Shown one piece after another: positions 62,331 through 64,000 of a DNA stretch of 64,000 bases; positions within the stretch are counted from its first letter, which is position 1; every line of letters begins with the position of its first letter. Under the pieces are notes generated by a model, which saw nothing but the letters and a program-made list of their open reading frames with translations, made no database searches and was not told the DNA's origin. Both the position numbers and the translations under genes were made by a program. Origin of the DNA: Podarcis erhardii (taxonomy: Eukaryota); the NCBI GenBank assembly GCA_964252035.1, contig OZ176210.1; one strand, written 5' to 3'.

Positions 62331-64000
62331 GTATTCTTCTCCTAGTTGAAAGATGGGCATATATTTGAATCTGAAATGAATAAAGATACTTGCATTTGTA
62401 GACAGTGCTGTGCTTTATATGGCTGTGCCACAGCTATCTCAACATTTTCCTTAATGAATAATTCCATACAAATGAGAACACTTGTCAGACAACAGAAGTT
62501 AGAAACAAGGGTTTCTTTAAAGAGAAATAATGTATCTTCCACAACAGGCTATGTCACTAAACGTACATTGTAATTTTCAGAGACACTCTTAATTGCCTCT
62601 AACTGAAGCTTGTTTGGACAGTTTGCAGAATATATTTTAATTTTTATTATGACCAACACAAGAATAATGCACAAAACATTAATGCACCAGTGTAACTTTT
62701 GAAAGAATGCATAAAATTCAAGCCCACTTTGATCTGTAGGAGGTAGGAGTCATGCCAGTTCAGCAACTTAACCGGCTACACAAAAAGCAAAGCTGAGGGA
62801 AATGGTCTTATATTCATAGAACCATAAAGCTGTAGAGTTGGAAGGGACACCAAGAGGGTGGCATGTAAATATTTCTATAAATAAATAAAAACCATTATCT
62901 CACACCTTCTATTGCATTTCCTATCACCTTCTTTACTGCAAAAAGTCCAGTGTTGGGGAGGTCTGCTGCATCAGACTGCTAAATGTACTCTAACTGTGCA
63001 ACCTGCATTTCATAGTATGTGACCAAAGCCCACTCTAAAATGCCACAGCCTGAAGCAGCCTCAGAATGTGGCAAAATGTCCTTTCTTCTGTTATGTGTAT
63101 GTCTTCTCAATAACCTTGTGGCCCCTCCACTGTATGCATTACCTAAAGTGTTCTAACTCAAATAAACATTTCAACATGATTAACTAGGTGCAAGATTACA
63201 ATCCAAATCTTCCTGAAATTAGCAGGAGTTAGGCGTGCTTAATGGGGATACGGGATTTTGCTGTAAAACACCCCTTACTGTTTCCATGAATTTTTATGAT
63301 AGCCTCTCTCCGTCGCTGAAAATGTGGAATGATTCCATAGAACACAAAGAGTTATTCCAAATGTATAATTCATCAGAATACCGTTGGGTTGCTAACATTT
63401 GGCCAAACAGTACTTGGAAGAGGCTTATGGCTTGGCATGGTCTTAATGTTATGAGAAGATGGCAGAGAGCCAGTTACATTAGGTGTTTACCACCCTGGAA
63501 TTTCCCACATGCCATTTAAACAAATTTACAATCCCTTTCTCCACCCCACTCCACCCCACCCCCCACACAACACAACTATCTAAGTAACAGCAATAACAAT
63601 GATAATATTACTATGAATAACATTCTGCTATTATTTGATATTGAAACGTTCATAACAACGCTAATTGACAGAACTGCCATGCAGTGAAAAACCTTGACTC
63701 TGTTCCTGAAGGTTGAAGGTTCAAGACTCAGTGGGTTCCATAACAGATGGCCACCCCAGTCTAGACAGCTGTAAAAGAAGAAATTGATCCATCGCTTCAA
63801 GTTAAGAAGTGACAATCAGGCATGCTACTGCTTATTTCTCTTCCCTTGTGAACAACAGACCACAGCAACTGGTGTCCAGGTTAATGAACTGGAAAATGGC
63901 TCCAGATAGACTTTGGCCACAAATAGGTGAAGCTATTGATCTGGTCAGCTTGCATCTTGATCTTCATTAAAATGTAATTTGCCAGCTAATTTGGATTTGT

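Noticed and set aside
61669-64000. Search for VCAN exon 3 (Ig domain)
   Set aside because: No Ig-like coding sequence found on the minus strand; it must lie beyond the window.

Overview
Vertebrate genomic DNA, almost certainly a squamate reptile and probably a lacertid lizard (inferred from Sauria SINEs, young Bov-B LINEs and TA-targeting MITEs). The whole window lies inside one gene, versican (VCAN), on the minus strand. Nine coding exons can be built by hand with canonical AG/GT sites and continuous frame; by human numbering they are exons 4-12. They encode Link1/Link2 of G1, the GAG-alpha exon (2052 nt), the GAG-beta exon (5322 nt), two EGF repeats and the first two C-type lectin exons. 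Exons 1-3 and 13-15 lie outside the window. Introns hold SINEs, LINE fragments (Bov-B, L2, CR1), MITEs, microsatellites and one 145-N gap. I see no second protein-coding gene and no RNA gene, and nothing here is demonstrably a new biological system. The best leads concern versican isoforms: a short GAG-alpha exon, in-frame internal splice donors, a possible second ADAMTS site, candidate micro-exons and a 43-bp intronic inverted repeat. All need RNA-seq or comparative genomics. Comparisons to human and chicken versican are from memory, not from an alignment run here.
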